Shown here: one piece after another, positions 38,616 through 48,793 of the stretch | How the letters are laid out: every line of letters begins with the position of its first letter | How positions within the stretch are numbered: position 1 is the stretch's first letter | DNA from: an uncultured archaeon | GTDB taxonomy: Archaea > Iainarchaeota > Iainarchaeia > Iainarchaeales > 1-14-0-10-31-34 | Direction: 5' to 3' | NCBI GenBank assembly: GCA_964608675.1 | Contig: CAZSOZ010000002.1 | Span: 96,001-160,000 of the forward strand | Length of the DNA stretch: 64,000 nucleotides | Notes under the pieces: model-generated | Database searches by the model: none | What the model saw: the letters and a program-made list of their open reading frames with translations, nothing else | What the model was told of the DNA's origin: nothing | Program-made: the position numbers and the translations under genes

Positions 38616-39726
38616 TCAAAAAATCCTCCAATTTTAAAATGTTATTTTTTAAGTCAAGTTTTTTTACTGCAGTTTTTCTTGCTGTTTCAGATAATAAATT
38701 AAACTCTTTTTTTGAAATAAAATGATTTTTTTCAAAATTAATTCCTGCTTTTCCTGCTTGTTCAAGAGGCCCGATTGTTTCCGGAACAAGAACAGGCAAA
38801 CCGCATGAAAGATATTCAGAAATTTTCATCATAAAGCTTGCGTCAGCAAAAGAAGAATTAAATTTTTTTAAGTAAACTCCTGCATCAAAACAAGGAATTA
38901 ATTGATGCATTCTTTTGTTTGAAAAATTATTTAAAAAAAAAGTTTTTGAAATAAGGTTTCTTTTTTCCAGTTCTTTTTTAAGGCAAGCAGAAGGAAAAGA
39001 AAAAGGAGAAATTATATATAATCTACAGTTGTTTTTTTCAAGCACAGAAAAAAAAGGAATAAAATCTTCTGCATCACAAGACGAACTCAAATAAAGCAAA
39101 TTAATTATTTTTTTATCTAAATCCAAATAATTCAATTTTTTTGGCTTATATTTTTCTGTGTCCACAGGCGCAGGAAAAAAAGTTTTTGGGTTATTTATTT
39201 TCATTGATTCAAGGAGTTTATTCTGAATTCCGCTTAAAGAAATTATTCCCTTTGAGTTGTGCATTACATTCAACTGCTGATTTTTTGACGCCCCCATAAA
39301 AGAAGAAACAAAATTTTCTTTTTCTGTTATTCCTTCCACAAAAACAAAAAAAGAAATCCCTTTTTTCTTTAACTGAAAAACAATTTTTGAATAAAATTTT
39401 GATTCAATCAAAGAAGGAAAACTAAACCAAAAACTTTTTCCGTTAAAAGAAGGAAGCTTTAAGATTACTGCATCAAATTTTTCTTTTGCAATCAGCGAAA
39501 ACAATTTTTTTGAAGAAAAAAAAGAAGTTAAAGGAAAAGAAAAAACTTTTGAATAAAACCAGTAATTCAGAAAACGATGAACTTTTATTTTATTTGAAGA
39601 ACCATGGCATACAGCATGAATTTCATGGCCCTGCTCTGCAAGTCCTTCGGCCATTCTTTTTAAAAGCAGTGAATCTCCCTTAAATAAATCAATATTAACT
39701 CTTTCAGCAAAAAAAAGAAGCTTCAT
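38602..39726 (-). CDS. Divergent GT4-like glycosyltransferase
   Basis: GHEIHAV, PVDTEKY, KISEYLSCGLPV. Confidence 0.75.
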   Translation of the reverse strand: MKLLFFAERVNIDLFKGDSLLLKRMAEGLAEQGHEIHAVCHGSSNKIKVHRFLNYWFYSKVFSFPLTSFFSSKKLFSLIAKEKFDAVILKLPSFNGKSFWFSFPSLIESKFYSKIVFQLKKKGISFFVFVEGITEKENFVSSFMGASKNQQLNVMHNSKGIISLSGIQNKLLESMKINNPKTFFPAPVDTEKYKPKKLNYLDLDKKIINLLYLSSSCDAEDFIPFFSVLEKNNCRLYIISPFSFPSACLKKELEKRNLISKTFFLNNFSNKRMHQLIPCFDAGVYLKKFNSSFADASFMMKISEYLSCGLPVLVPETIGPLEQAGKAGINFEKNHFISKKEFNLLSETARKTAVKKLDLKNNILKLEDFLNEFK

Positions 39727-40823
39727 TTTATTTTCACCTTTTTATTAAAAAAAGATTCAAATTTTTTTATTGAAGTTTCAAAAGAAAAATTTTCTTCGAC
39801 TTTTTTTCTTGCATTCAATCCAAAAAAAATTCTTTTTTCTTTATTATTCATTAATTCTTTTAATTTTAATTCAAATTCTTTTTTATCTTTCAATTCAGCT
39901 AAAAAACCGTTTTTTCCGCTGTCAATAATTTCTTTTGTTCCGCCGACAGAAAAAGCCACACACGGCGTAAAACAAGCCATTGCTTCAATTAAAACCATTC
40001 CAAAAGATTCCTGAGAAGAAGGCAGAACAAAAATTCCTGCAGAAGAAAACTCCTTAATTAAATCTTTTCTAGACAAATTTGGCTTAAATAAAATATTTTT
40101 ATTTGATTCTGCAAGCAAATTTAATTTATCAAAATACTTTTTTTCTTCAGAGCTTTTGTTTACAGACCCTGTAAAACAAAATTTCCAGTCATCTAATTCT
40201 CCTGATTCAATTAATTCAATAAGAAAATTTATTCCTTTATGTTCAACAAGTCTTCCTGCAAACAAAATTTTTTTTTCTTTTTTTTGAATTGTTTGAGGAA
40301 ATTCATTTAAATCAATAAAATTTGAAATCAAAAAAAATTTTTCTTTATTTATTTTTGTTTTGCTTAGAATGCTTTTTTTTATTGATTCAGCAGGAACAAT
40401 AACATAATCAGAAATTTTTATGCTAAAAACAGCAAGAACATCATAAAGCCATTCACTGGATTTAATCCAAGGATTATGATTGAATTCATGATAAATTAAA
40501 GGAATTCCCTTAATTTTTGAGATAAGCAAACCTGCAAAAATCATTGAACAGCCAGAAACATAAACTGCATCAAATTTTTTAAACAAACATTTCCAAAAAA
40601 TAAAAACAGAAAAAAACAAAGCATTTGTTTTTTTTGCAGGAAACCTTTCAATTTTCGTTCTCCCAAAATAATTAATTAAAGGATTAACAGAAAAAAAGGT
40701 TATATTAAATTCTTTTGACTGAAGTCCTTCAGCTATTTTAAATGAAAGATATTCAATTGCTCCTCCTTTATCTGCAGGAACACCTATAAATTGAGTTCCA
40801 ATCATGCACAATTTTCTTTTCAT
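39723..40823 (-). CDS. GT4 glycosyltransferase
   Basis: GGAIE, FAGRLVEHKG, ESFGMVLIEAMAC. Confidence 0.92.
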   Translation of the reverse strand: MKRKLCMIGTQFIGVPADKGGAIEYLSFKIAEGLQSKEFNITFFSVNPLINYFGRTKIERFPAKKTNALFFSVFIFWKCLFKKFDAVYVSGCSMIFAGLLISKIKGIPLIYHEFNHNPWIKSSEWLYDVLAVFSIKISDYVIVPAESIKKSILSKTKINKEKFFLISNFIDLNEFPQTIQKKEKKILFAGRLVEHKGINFLIELIESGELDDWKFCFTGSVNKSSEEKKYFDKLNLLAESNKNILFKPNLSRKDLIKEFSSAGIFVLPSSQESFGMVLIEAMACFTPCVAFSVGGTKEIIDSGKNGFLAELKDKKEFELKLKELMNNKEKRIFFGLNARKKVEENFSFETSIKKFESFFNKKVKIK

Positions 40824-40828
40824 TCCAA

Positions 40829-42706
40829 TCAATTCAATAAACTTAAATCCTGTGCTGAAACAAGATATGCTTTTGACTTTTCATTTTCATAAATTTTTTT
40901 TCCAATTGAACCAATTCTTGCAAAATCATCACACCTCAAATAAACATCATTTAAATAAAAAGAATAAGGTTTTCCTTCAATGCATGAAACAGTAAATCCA
41001 AAAGCATTGTAATTCTTTTCTGATGCACGAACTGATTCAAAACTTACTGCAGTAAATTTTTCTCCAATTAAATTGTTTTCTAAAAACTCTTTTGCAAACA
41101 AATGGTTTGCTTCAGTGAACTGAGAAGAATCATAAAGATTTGGAGCACTAACAAAAGAAAAAATCAACAGCATTATTAAAATAAAATAAAAAGGTTTCCT
41201 GTGAAACAAAAGCACGATTCCTGAAGCAAAAAGAATAGACGTCACTTCAAGGGTAGCGTGAACTCCATCATGAAACTGAAGATGAACCAAAAACAAAACT
41301 AAAATAAAAACAGCCAAAGCAAAAACAGGAATTATTCTGTGTTTTGGATAAACAAAAAAAACAGTTAAAACAAGCAAAGCAATCAAAGAATAATGAAACA
41401 GTTTTTCAATTAACTGACTTAAACCAAATTGCATTACATATTCATTAATAAAAGGCACAAACCTTCTCAAAAAAGGCATGCCAGCAAAATACTGTTTAGG
41501 AATTAATTCTGATTTAACAGATTCAGATAATTTTTTTTGCTCAAATGGATTTGCTTTTGAACTCAGTTCTTCTTCTCTTACAATATTTTGTGCTGGTTCT
41601 TCATCAAAAATATCCTGCAAGCTTTTTTCGCTAAAACCTGCATATTTTTCTGTTAAACCAAATAAATCAATTGAAGTAGAATAAGATGCAATCAAAACTC
41701 CAAACATAAATAAAATAATTATGTCAGTAAAATACGCTTTTTTTGAAATAGCTTTCCTAAAAAAAAACAAAAAAACAAAAAACCCAAAAACTGAAACAGA
41801 AATATAAAGAGTAGTAAGATTAATGTAAGTTATTAACAGCATTAATACAATAAGAATAATTCTTGAATTCAATTGTTTAAAATACTTTAAATAAAAATAA
41901 ATAAACAAAAGAAAAATAATGAATTTTCCTATCATTTGTGGAGCTAAATGAATATTCTGAATAGGAAAAAAAGCAATCAAAACAACAAAAACTGCAAGCT
42001 TTCTCTCTACAAACTGCGTAGAAAGCAAATAAAAAGACAAAAAAATCATTAACAGAAAAAAGAATTTTAAAAGAAAGAAAATGCTTGCAACAGGCACTCC
42101 AAAAATTTTTGCAATAATAACCAAATAATAAAAATAAACAAAACTTACATTTACATAATTGTGTTTTCCAAAATCTTCTGCTGAAAATTCTCCTGATTCA
42201 AGTTTTGTCAGGTTTGTAAGCAAAACTCTTTCATCGCCAATTAAAATCTGCGGAGAAATCAAAGGAAGCAGAACAGAAAAAAACAATAAACCTAATGAAA
42301 TCCAAAAAAAAACGTTTTTTTGTTTTATTAAAGAATAAACAATTGACGCTGAAAGAATGCCGTAGCCTATGTAATAAAGCAGAGAGTACTGCACTGCAAA
42401 TTCATATCTTTGAAACACAAAAGAAAAGAAAACCAGCAATGCGCCTGCAGAAACAACAGGAATAAATTTATTGAATTTAAATAAAAAATAAATTACGGCA
42501 AGAGAAATCAAAAAAGAAAAAATCCCAAAAATAAATTTATCTGAAACAATAAAAACGTTTGACCTAGAAAAAAAGAAAAAATAAAAAAAAGCATAAAGAA
42601 AAATAAAAAGCAAAAAATAATCATGAGAAAAAAAAGACTCCAGTTTTGAATAAACAAAACCATATATTTTTTTTGCTTTAACTGCAAGCTTATTTTCTGA
42701 AAACAT
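40829..42706 (-). CDS. Polytopic membrane protein, GT-C/polymerase-like
   Basis: More than 12 hydrophobic segments, loop 'GDE' motif, glycan-locus context. Confidence 0.55.
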   Translation of the reverse strand: MFSENKLAVKAKKIYGFVYSKLESFFSHDYFLLFIFLYAFFYFFFFSRSNVFIVSDKFIFGIFSFLISLAVIYFLFKFNKFIPVVSAGALLVFFSFVFQRYEFAVQYSLLYYIGYGILSASIVYSLIKQKNVFFWISLGLLFFSVLLPLISPQILIGDERVLLTNLTKLESGEFSAEDFGKHNYVNVSFVYFYYLVIIAKIFGVPVASIFFLLKFFFLLMIFLSFYLLSTQFVERKLAVFVVLIAFFPIQNIHLAPQMIGKFIIFLLFIYFYLKYFKQLNSRIILIVLMLLITYINLTTLYISVSVFGFFVFLFFFRKAISKKAYFTDIIILFMFGVLIASYSTSIDLFGLTEKYAGFSEKSLQDIFDEEPAQNIVREEELSSKANPFEQKKLSESVKSELIPKQYFAGMPFLRRFVPFINEYVMQFGLSQLIEKLFHYSLIALLVLTVFFVYPKHRIIPVFALAVFILVLFLVHLQFHDGVHATLEVTSILFASGIVLLFHRKPFYFILIMLLIFSFVSAPNLYDSSQFTEANHLFAKEFLENNLIGEKFTAVSFESVRASEKNYNAFGFTVSCIEGKPYSFYLNDVYLRCDDFARIGSIGKKIYENEKSKAYLVSAQDLSLLN

Positions 42707-43103
42707 TTTTTTTCACCGCAATCATAAATCCAATTAAAATAATTATTCCTAAAAAAACCAAAAGTCTGTAATCAGGTCTAATCGAAATAGAAGTATAATA
42801 AAATTCATCAGAGTTTTCCTTAAAAATTTTTATTGCATAAAAACCTGGCTTGACTCCTGCTGAATCAAGAACAAATCTTTTTCCTGTTTTTTTAAGGGAA
42901 TTGTTTTCAAATACAGGGCATAAAGAAATTGTGCATTCTTCAACTTCATTTAAATTATAATAATAAGCCATTTCAAGCGAAACCTTTGAATTAAAAGCCA
43001 GAGAAATTTTTTCTCCCGGAAAAGAAACAAAAGATTCTGCTTCAAAAGAAAAACAAACCGGAATAAACAAAAAAATCAGCAATCCAAAAAGCAGTTTATT
43101 CAT
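42690..43103 (-). CDS. Small exported protein with C-terminal TM anchor
   Basis: N-terminal signal peptide, beta-rich core, C-terminal TM plus KK. Confidence 0.65.
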   Translation of the reverse strand: MNKLLFGLLIFLFIPVCFSFEAESFVSFPGEKISLAFNSKVSLEMAYYYNLNEVEECTISLCPVFENNSLKKTGKRFVLDSAGVKPGFYAIKIFKENSDEFYYTSISIRPDYRLLVFLGIIILIGFMIAVKKNVFRK

Positions 43104-43488
43104 TCAGAAACCTCCTTAAAAAATGAAGCCCCAAAAAAAATACAGCAGACAAAACTGCTGCTGAAACAATTGTTTCCTTTGTAAAAGGAAAAGAAAAAAC
43201 TGAAGTCAAAATAAAAGTTGAAAAAACAATTATCCCCGTGCTTAAAACCACAGAAAAAAGAAAAGTTTCTATTAAAGGACAAGATTTTATAATCAGCCTG
43301 TAAAAAAGGTATCCGCTGAAAAACAAAGAAATAAATGCTGCAAAAATTTCATGCAAAAAAAAAGGAAAATAAATGCTTAAAGAAGAAACAGCAATAATAA
43401 ACAATCCAAAATTAAATAAATTAATTCTTGAAGAAATTTTTTTTGAAATTAAAATTAATTTAACTGAGTTGAAATCCATTAAAGCCAC
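43096..43488 (-). CDS. 4-TM membrane protein
   Basis: Hydrophobic; 'LFFSGY...IET...SVVLS' pattern resembles DUF1616-type proteins. Confidence 0.55.
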   Translation of the reverse strand: MALMDFNSVKLILISKKISSRINLFNFGLFIIAVSSLSIYFPFFLHEIFAAFISLFFSGYLFYRLIIKSCPLIETFLFSVVLSTGIIVFSTFILTSVFSFPFTKETIVSAAVLSAVFFLGLHFLRRFLNE

Positions 43489-43567
43489 AATTTAATAACA
43501 TCAAAGTTATATAAATAAGTTAATAGAAAACACAAGATTTAAATTGAGCAAAATCTTTCATTTAATC

Positions 43568-45058
43568 ATGAAATACAAAAACATTTTAATTTCCTTGTTT
43601 ATTTTAGTTCTGGTTTTATTCACAGTTTATTCTATTCACATAAATTATTTTCTGCCGTTTCATTCGGAAGAATTGGATCATTTAAATCTAGCAAAAGAAA
43701 GCCTTGACGGAAACTGGGAAATAGGTTTTACAATATTATACAAAACATTAAATTCACTGCTTTTAAACAACTTAAATCAATTACTTGTTTTTATTCCTGT
43801 AATTTTTGGATTAATAATCAGTTTTTCTTCTTTTATTTTAGGAAGGCATTTATTTAGAAACAGTCTTGCAGGATTACTGTCTGCAGTTTTTGTTTTGCTG
43901 ATTCCCAGCAGTCCTGCTGTAATGGGATTATGGTTTGCGGTCCCAAATTCACTTGCATTGGCTTTAACTCCGATTTTACTGTATTTTTTTCTTAAAGGAA
44001 CTGCAAACAAAAAACATGGTTTTTTATTTATTTTTTTGTTTTTGTCTGCAACAATAATTCACCCTGCATTTACTTTGATTTTAATTCCAATAATTGCAGT
44101 TTACCTGTTTTTGAATCCCAAAACATTTGAAAGAAATCAATTAAAAATAGCAATAGCTTTAATTGCATTAATTTTAATTTTTCCATTTTTTGCTTCAAGA
44201 CTTGGATTACAAGAAGTTTCTTTTTCACACAACACTTTTGCGTCAATTTCAGAAAACATAAACAAAGTAATAGTGTGGAAAGCAATAACTCATTACGCTC
44301 CTAAATTTTATTTAACTGACTTTCTTGGGATTTATCTCCTATTTTTAGCCGGAATCGGAACAGGTTTAATAATAATGATGAGAGCATTAATTGAAATAAA
44401 AAGAAAAAAAAGACAACAATCTTTAATAGAAAAAGAATTCACTGTATCAAAACATCAAATAATACTTCCTCTTGGATTGATTATTCTGTCAGCATTATAC
44501 CTTCACTTTCACCTAAAAAATTATACTTTTATTGTTCCCTATGAAAGAATGTATCTTTCATTAATGCTTTTTCTTGCTTTAAGTGCAGGGGCAGGCTTTT
44601 ATTTAATATGGAAAACACTCAAAAATAAATTAAAAAAAGAAATTTTGAAGCCGTTTGCAGGAGCAGGAATAATTTTAATTTTATTTTTTGTGTTAACTGT
44701 TCCTTTTGCACAAAAAAGTGAGTTATACAAAAACATTGAAACAAGCGGAATCCCTGCAGTGAACTGGATAAACGAATTCACTCCAAAAAACAGTTCATTT
44801 ATTGCTATTCCAAGCCATTCACTGATAATAAAAAGTTTCACTGAAAGAAAAATTTTTGCTTCACCTCCAACCAGAGCAGGAATTCCAGATGACTTCCAGC
44901 TGGAAATCTTTTTCATTCAAAACTGCACAAACAAAAAAGAAACAATTCAAAAAACAAAAGCAAACTATATTTTTACAGAAAAAGAAATTGAATGCAGTTC
45001 ATTTAACAAAATTTATGATAAAAAAGACTACAAAATATATAAGATTTTAAAGCCTTAA
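43568..45058 (+). CDS. GT-C-fold-like membrane glycosyltransferase
   Basis: First TM then 'PFHSEELDH', about 11 TM segments, IHP, YER, C-terminal 'AVNWINEFTP'. Confidence 0.6.
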   Translation: MKYKNILISLFILVLVLFTVYSIHINYFLPFHSEELDHLNLAKESLDGNWEIGFTILYKTLNSLLLNNLNQLLVFIPVIFGLIISFSSFILGRHLFRNSLAGLLSAVFVLLIPSSPAVMGLWFAVPNSLALALTPILLYFFLKGTANKKHGFLFIFLFLSATIIHPAFTLILIPIIAVYLFLNPKTFERNQLKIAIALIALILIFPFFASRLGLQEVSFSHNTFASISENINKVIVWKAITHYAPKFYLTDFLGIYLLFLAGIGTGLIIMMRALIEIKRKKRQQSLIEKEFTVSKHQIILPLGLIILSALYLHFHLKNYTFIVPYERMYLSLMLFLALSAGAGFYLIWKTLKNKLKKEILKPFAGAGIILILFFVLTVPFAQKSELYKNIETSGIPAVNWINEFTPKNSSFIAIPSHSLIIKSFTERKIFASPPTRAGIPDDFQLEIFFIQNCTNKKETIQKTKANYIFTEKEIECSSFNKIYDKKDYKIYKILKP

Positions 45059-48000
45059 AATAAAACCTTTTTTTTTGCCGTCTTTTTTCTTTTCATCCTT
45101 TTTATCTTTTTCGAATTCAACTTTTTCTTTTTTAATTTGAATAAGTTTTTCTTCTTCGGCTTTCTTTGAATAATAAGAATCAACAAAAAAAGTTAAAACT
45201 AAAACAGCAATAAGACTTAAAACAAAAACAATTAAGCCAAAAAATTTATTTAAAAATAAAACCAAAAAGAAAACAATAACTGAAAAAACCAAACTGAATG
45301 CAGTTCTGTAATTGGATTTTACAACAAAAATGCTTCCAAATTCAAAATAATGCCTGCTTAAAACAGAAAAAACATAAGCAGAAACCAAAAAAGCCAGCAG
45401 TAATATTACAGGAATCAAAAAAGGATTTGTTTGTTCAGGAGAACCAAAAAACAATTCAGCAAAAACATACACAAAAGAATAATTTGCCTGTTCTTCTGAA
45501 ATAACTTTAAATGAAGAATTAAAAACAACTGCTTTAATTGAACAAAGAACTTCGTAATTTCCTGTTTCGTCAACCAAAAAACTTATGCTCCCGTCTTTTC
45601 CGGTAAAAAATTCAAAAGACTTTTTTGAAGGAGTAATAACAGTTATTTTTTCGTTTTCAAGCGGTCCAAAAACAGAATGATACAATAAAATTTTTTGCAC
45701 TTGCCCTGAAATAATTTCTTTCTGCATTGCCTCCAAAACAAATCCTTCTTTTATGCTTTTATCATTAACTACAACAAACTTAGTGTCAGGACAGCCTTCA
45801 TCAATCAATCCATCTAAATCGTCATCCAAATCATTATAACAGACTTCAACCAAATAAGAAAACAAATTAACTGAAAGAAGGTTATTAGATTTATTTTCTT
45901 CATCAATTTTATTTAAAGAATCAAGTTCAGCAAAAATGCTTCCATTAATTTCTTCAGAAAAATCAAAAGAAAGAACAATTCTGTCTGTTTTACCGCTTTT
46001 CAGAGAAAAACCAGAAATAGAATTAATTATTTTCTTTGAATTTTTTTCATTATAATAATATAACTGAACAGAAAAATTTTCTGCATCAATTATTCCCTGA
46101 TTTTCCATTTCAAGTTCAAGCAAAACAGGTTCTCCAAAAATAACCGACAAATCATTCACCGGCCTAAAAAAATTAAGTTTTAAATCCGCTTTGGTTGAAA
46201 CAACAAAAAATATTTCAGTACACGAAGAAATTTTGCTTCCTAAAGCATCAGAAGCAACACAAACATCATAACTCTTATTTCCTATTAAATCAGAAGGAAT
46301 AACATAATCATAATCAACTACAACCGTAGACAAATCATCAAACTTTACATCAAAAAAAATTCTTGAAACAGAAACCAAATTTTTAAAATCCTGAAGCTTT
46401 ATCCCTGCCTTCAAACTTGAAACTTTAACTGAATCAACTATTTCATTAGTAAATGAATCCCTTACAATAACAAAAAACTCTGATGAATCAACAAAACCAT
46501 TATTTTTTACTTCAGCTGAAAGCTTTACTTTTTCTCCGGGATAAACAAGTTTTTTGTCTGCATTAACTTCACTGATTTTCAAGTTAACAGAATTAATATA
46601 CTTAAACAAAACAAAAGAAAAAACATTGTTGAATTCATCTGATTCAGCAAAACTATTTTCGTAATCAAGAACAGCAATAACCTTATTTTCTATTTTAGAA
46701 AAAACATCAGAAGAAACAGTAAACAAAAAAGTTTTTGTTTCCCCTGCATTAATAGAATCTATTTTCTCTGAAAATAAAAGGTTTTCCTGTAATTTTTGTC
46801 CGTCAAAAAAAGAAACTTTTACCTGAGGAGAAACAAATTTTCCTTTATTGCTTACAGTCAAAAAAGCCTTGATTTTTTCATCAACAACTATTTTAGGTTC
46901 AAAATAAAAATCCTCAAGCTTTAAATCAAATCCGTTATCGATTACTCCATCATCATCATCATCAATTCCGTTTCCTTTTTCTTTTGAAACAATTTTAACC
47001 AGCAGTGAATCAGAATCATTTGAAGTATCTGCATCCAAATCAAGTCCATAACAATCAGAAGTGACTTTTATTTTAAAATCAGAATCAAAGCCAAGCAATT
47101 CAGGAGAAAAATAAAAACCTGAATTTTTTGCTGAAAAATCTCCTGCATAAACCACAGAAGAATAACTATCAGGAAGAATTTTCTGGACTCCGTCAACAGT
47201 CCACAAATAAGAATAAAAACCGCTGTAAGAATCAATGAACTCCAAAAAAGAAATTTTTTTTTCAGAAAAAGAAATTGATTCAGGAGCAGAAGCAGAAAAA
47301 ACAAAAAATAATTTGTTTCTTTCATCCAAAGAAGAAACATTAACACAAAAACTTTTATCAGAAAACTCGTTTAAATAATCCTTGTTTTCACCAAACTTTA
47401 CATTAACTTCAAAAGGCACAACAAAAAAAGAAGGAATCTGAGAAGAATTAAATTTCAGTTTCCTTTGATTTAAAGCTGAATCAAAAACAGAAAAAAGTTT
47501 TTTTCCTGAATCCAGCACAACATAATCGCTTAATTCAACAGAATAATCAGCTTTGCATCCTTCATCAATTAATCCATCTGAATCGTCATCCAACTCATTA
47601 TAACATATTTCGCTTTCAAAAACTTCCCCTGAAACACTAAAAACCAGTTTTTTTGAATTATTTTCCTTTGAAATTTCCTTAATTAGACCTTCTTTGTCTG
47701 CAAAAACTGTTAATTCTGTTTCTCCTGCAAAATCACTGGAACCAACAAAAAAAGAAAAAACTTTTTTTTCTCCTGAATTCAAACCATAAACAATCTTTGA
47801 TTTTAAAGTTTTTTTATCTGAATCAATTGAAACAATGAATTTCTTTGAAATATCAGTTAAACCATTGTTTTTGACTTCAATTAAAACAGGAACCTGTTCT
47901 CCTTTTTCAACCGAATCAGGAAAATCAACAGAAGAAATTATTAAATCAGAGTAATCAGAAGGAGCAGACAATAAAACTTTTTCTTGAAAAAAATTATTGT

Positions 48001-48751
48001 TTTCGTTTTGTTCTTCAACAGAAAAATCAGAGTCAACCACTGCCTCCAAAAAATAGTTTCCTGGAAACAAAGAAAAAGAATTCAAATTAAAAGAAAGTTC
48101 TTTTACTGCATCAGTATTCAAATGAACAACTTTTTTTTCTCCTATAAATATTTTATTTGAACCTGAAATTAAATACAAAGAAACAAAAAATGAATCTGAA
48201 TCCATTAAACCTGAATTTTTAACTGAAACTTTTACAGGAATATTTTTTTCAGAAAAAGCATTTTCAGGCCAAAAAACAGATTCAACTTCAAGGTCAGGTT
48301 TATTGCTTACAATTTTTACTGCTCCAACCCTTGAATCAAATACAACCGGCTTATCATCTGAATCAAACAAAGTCACTCTTAAAGTATAAGAACCGTCTTC
48401 TGCATTAACAGAAATACCGCAGACATCCTGAATTGTATTAGAAGAAAATTCATTTGTTTTTTCGCACACAATTCCAGAATAAGTGTTTCTTACAATCCAG
48501 CCCATTCCATTAACAATTCTTGTACAAACAGAATCAGACAAATCATTGTCTTTATAAATGTCAATTGAATAAGAAGAAGGACAAGAATACCTGTAAAAAA
48601 ATTCAACAGGAACCTGTTCTCCGGGAGAAAAATAACCAGAATACGAAGAATTAATAACCAAAGGAGCATTAGGAGAATCAATATTAACCTGAGTCAAAGC
48701 TGAAGAAAAAGAAAAAAACAAAACTATAAAAAACAACATAAATTTTTTCAT
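45047..48751 (-). CDS. Large surface protein with about 5 CARDB (Ig-like) domains, Asp-rich metal-binding repeats and C-terminal TM helices
   Basis: Signal peptide; repeated (P/A)DL...V.N.G...D....E.nE.NN; 'EICYNELDDDSDGLIDEGC'-type motifs. Confidence 0.85.
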   Translation of the reverse strand: MKKFMLFFIVLFFSFSSALTQVNIDSPNAPLVINSSYSGYFSPGEQVPVEFFYRYSCPSSYSIDIYKDNDLSDSVCTRIVNGMGWIVRNTYSGIVCEKTNEFSSNTIQDVCGISVNAEDGSYTLRVTLFDSDDKPVVFDSRVGAVKIVSNKPDLEVESVFWPENAFSEKNIPVKVSVKNSGLMDSDSFFVSLYLISGSNKIFIGEKKVVHLNTDAVKELSFNLNSFSLFPGNYFLEAVVDSDFSVEEQNENNNFFQEKVLLSAPSDYSDLIISSVDFPDSVEKGEQVPVLIEVKNNGLTDISKKFIVSIDSDKKTLKSKIVYGLNSGEKKVFSFFVGSSDFAGETELTVFADKEGLIKEISKENNSKKLVFSVSGEVFESEICYNELDDDSDGLIDEGCKADYSVELSDYVVLDSGKKLFSVFDSALNQRKLKFNSSQIPSFFVVPFEVNVKFGENKDYLNEFSDKSFCVNVSSLDERNKLFFVFSASAPESISFSEKKISFLEFIDSYSGFYSYLWTVDGVQKILPDSYSSVVYAGDFSAKNSGFYFSPELLGFDSDFKIKVTSDCYGLDLDADTSNDSDSLLVKIVSKEKGNGIDDDDDGVIDNGFDLKLEDFYFEPKIVVDEKIKAFLTVSNKGKFVSPQVKVSFFDGQKLQENLLFSEKIDSINAGETKTFLFTVSSDVFSKIENKVIAVLDYENSFAESDEFNNVFSFVLFKYINSVNLKISEVNADKKLVYPGEKVKLSAEVKNNGFVDSSEFFVIVRDSFTNEIVDSVKVSSLKAGIKLQDFKNLVSVSRIFFDVKFDDLSTVVVDYDYVIPSDLIGNKSYDVCVASDALGSKISSCTEIFFVVSTKADLKLNFFRPVNDLSVIFGEPVLLELEMENQGIIDAENFSVQLYYYNEKNSKKIINSISGFSLKSGKTDRIVLSFDFSEEINGSIFAELDSLNKIDEENKSNNLLSVNLFSYLVEVCYNDLDDDLDGLIDEGCPDTKFVVVNDKSIKEGFVLEAMQKEIISGQVQKILLYHSVFGPLENEKITVITPSKKSFEFFTGKDGSISFLVDETGNYEVLCSIKAVVFNSSFKVISEEQANYSFVYVFAELFFGSPEQTNPFLIPVILLLAFLVSAYVFSVLSRHYFEFGSIFVVKSNYRTAFSLVFSVIVFFLVLFLNKFFGLIVFVLSLIAVLVLTFFVDSYYSKKAEEEKLIQIKKEKVEFEKDKKDEKKKDGKKKGFILRL

Positions 48752-48793
48752 ATTCTACCACTAAATTTTATGTTTCCTTATTAATAAATCTTT

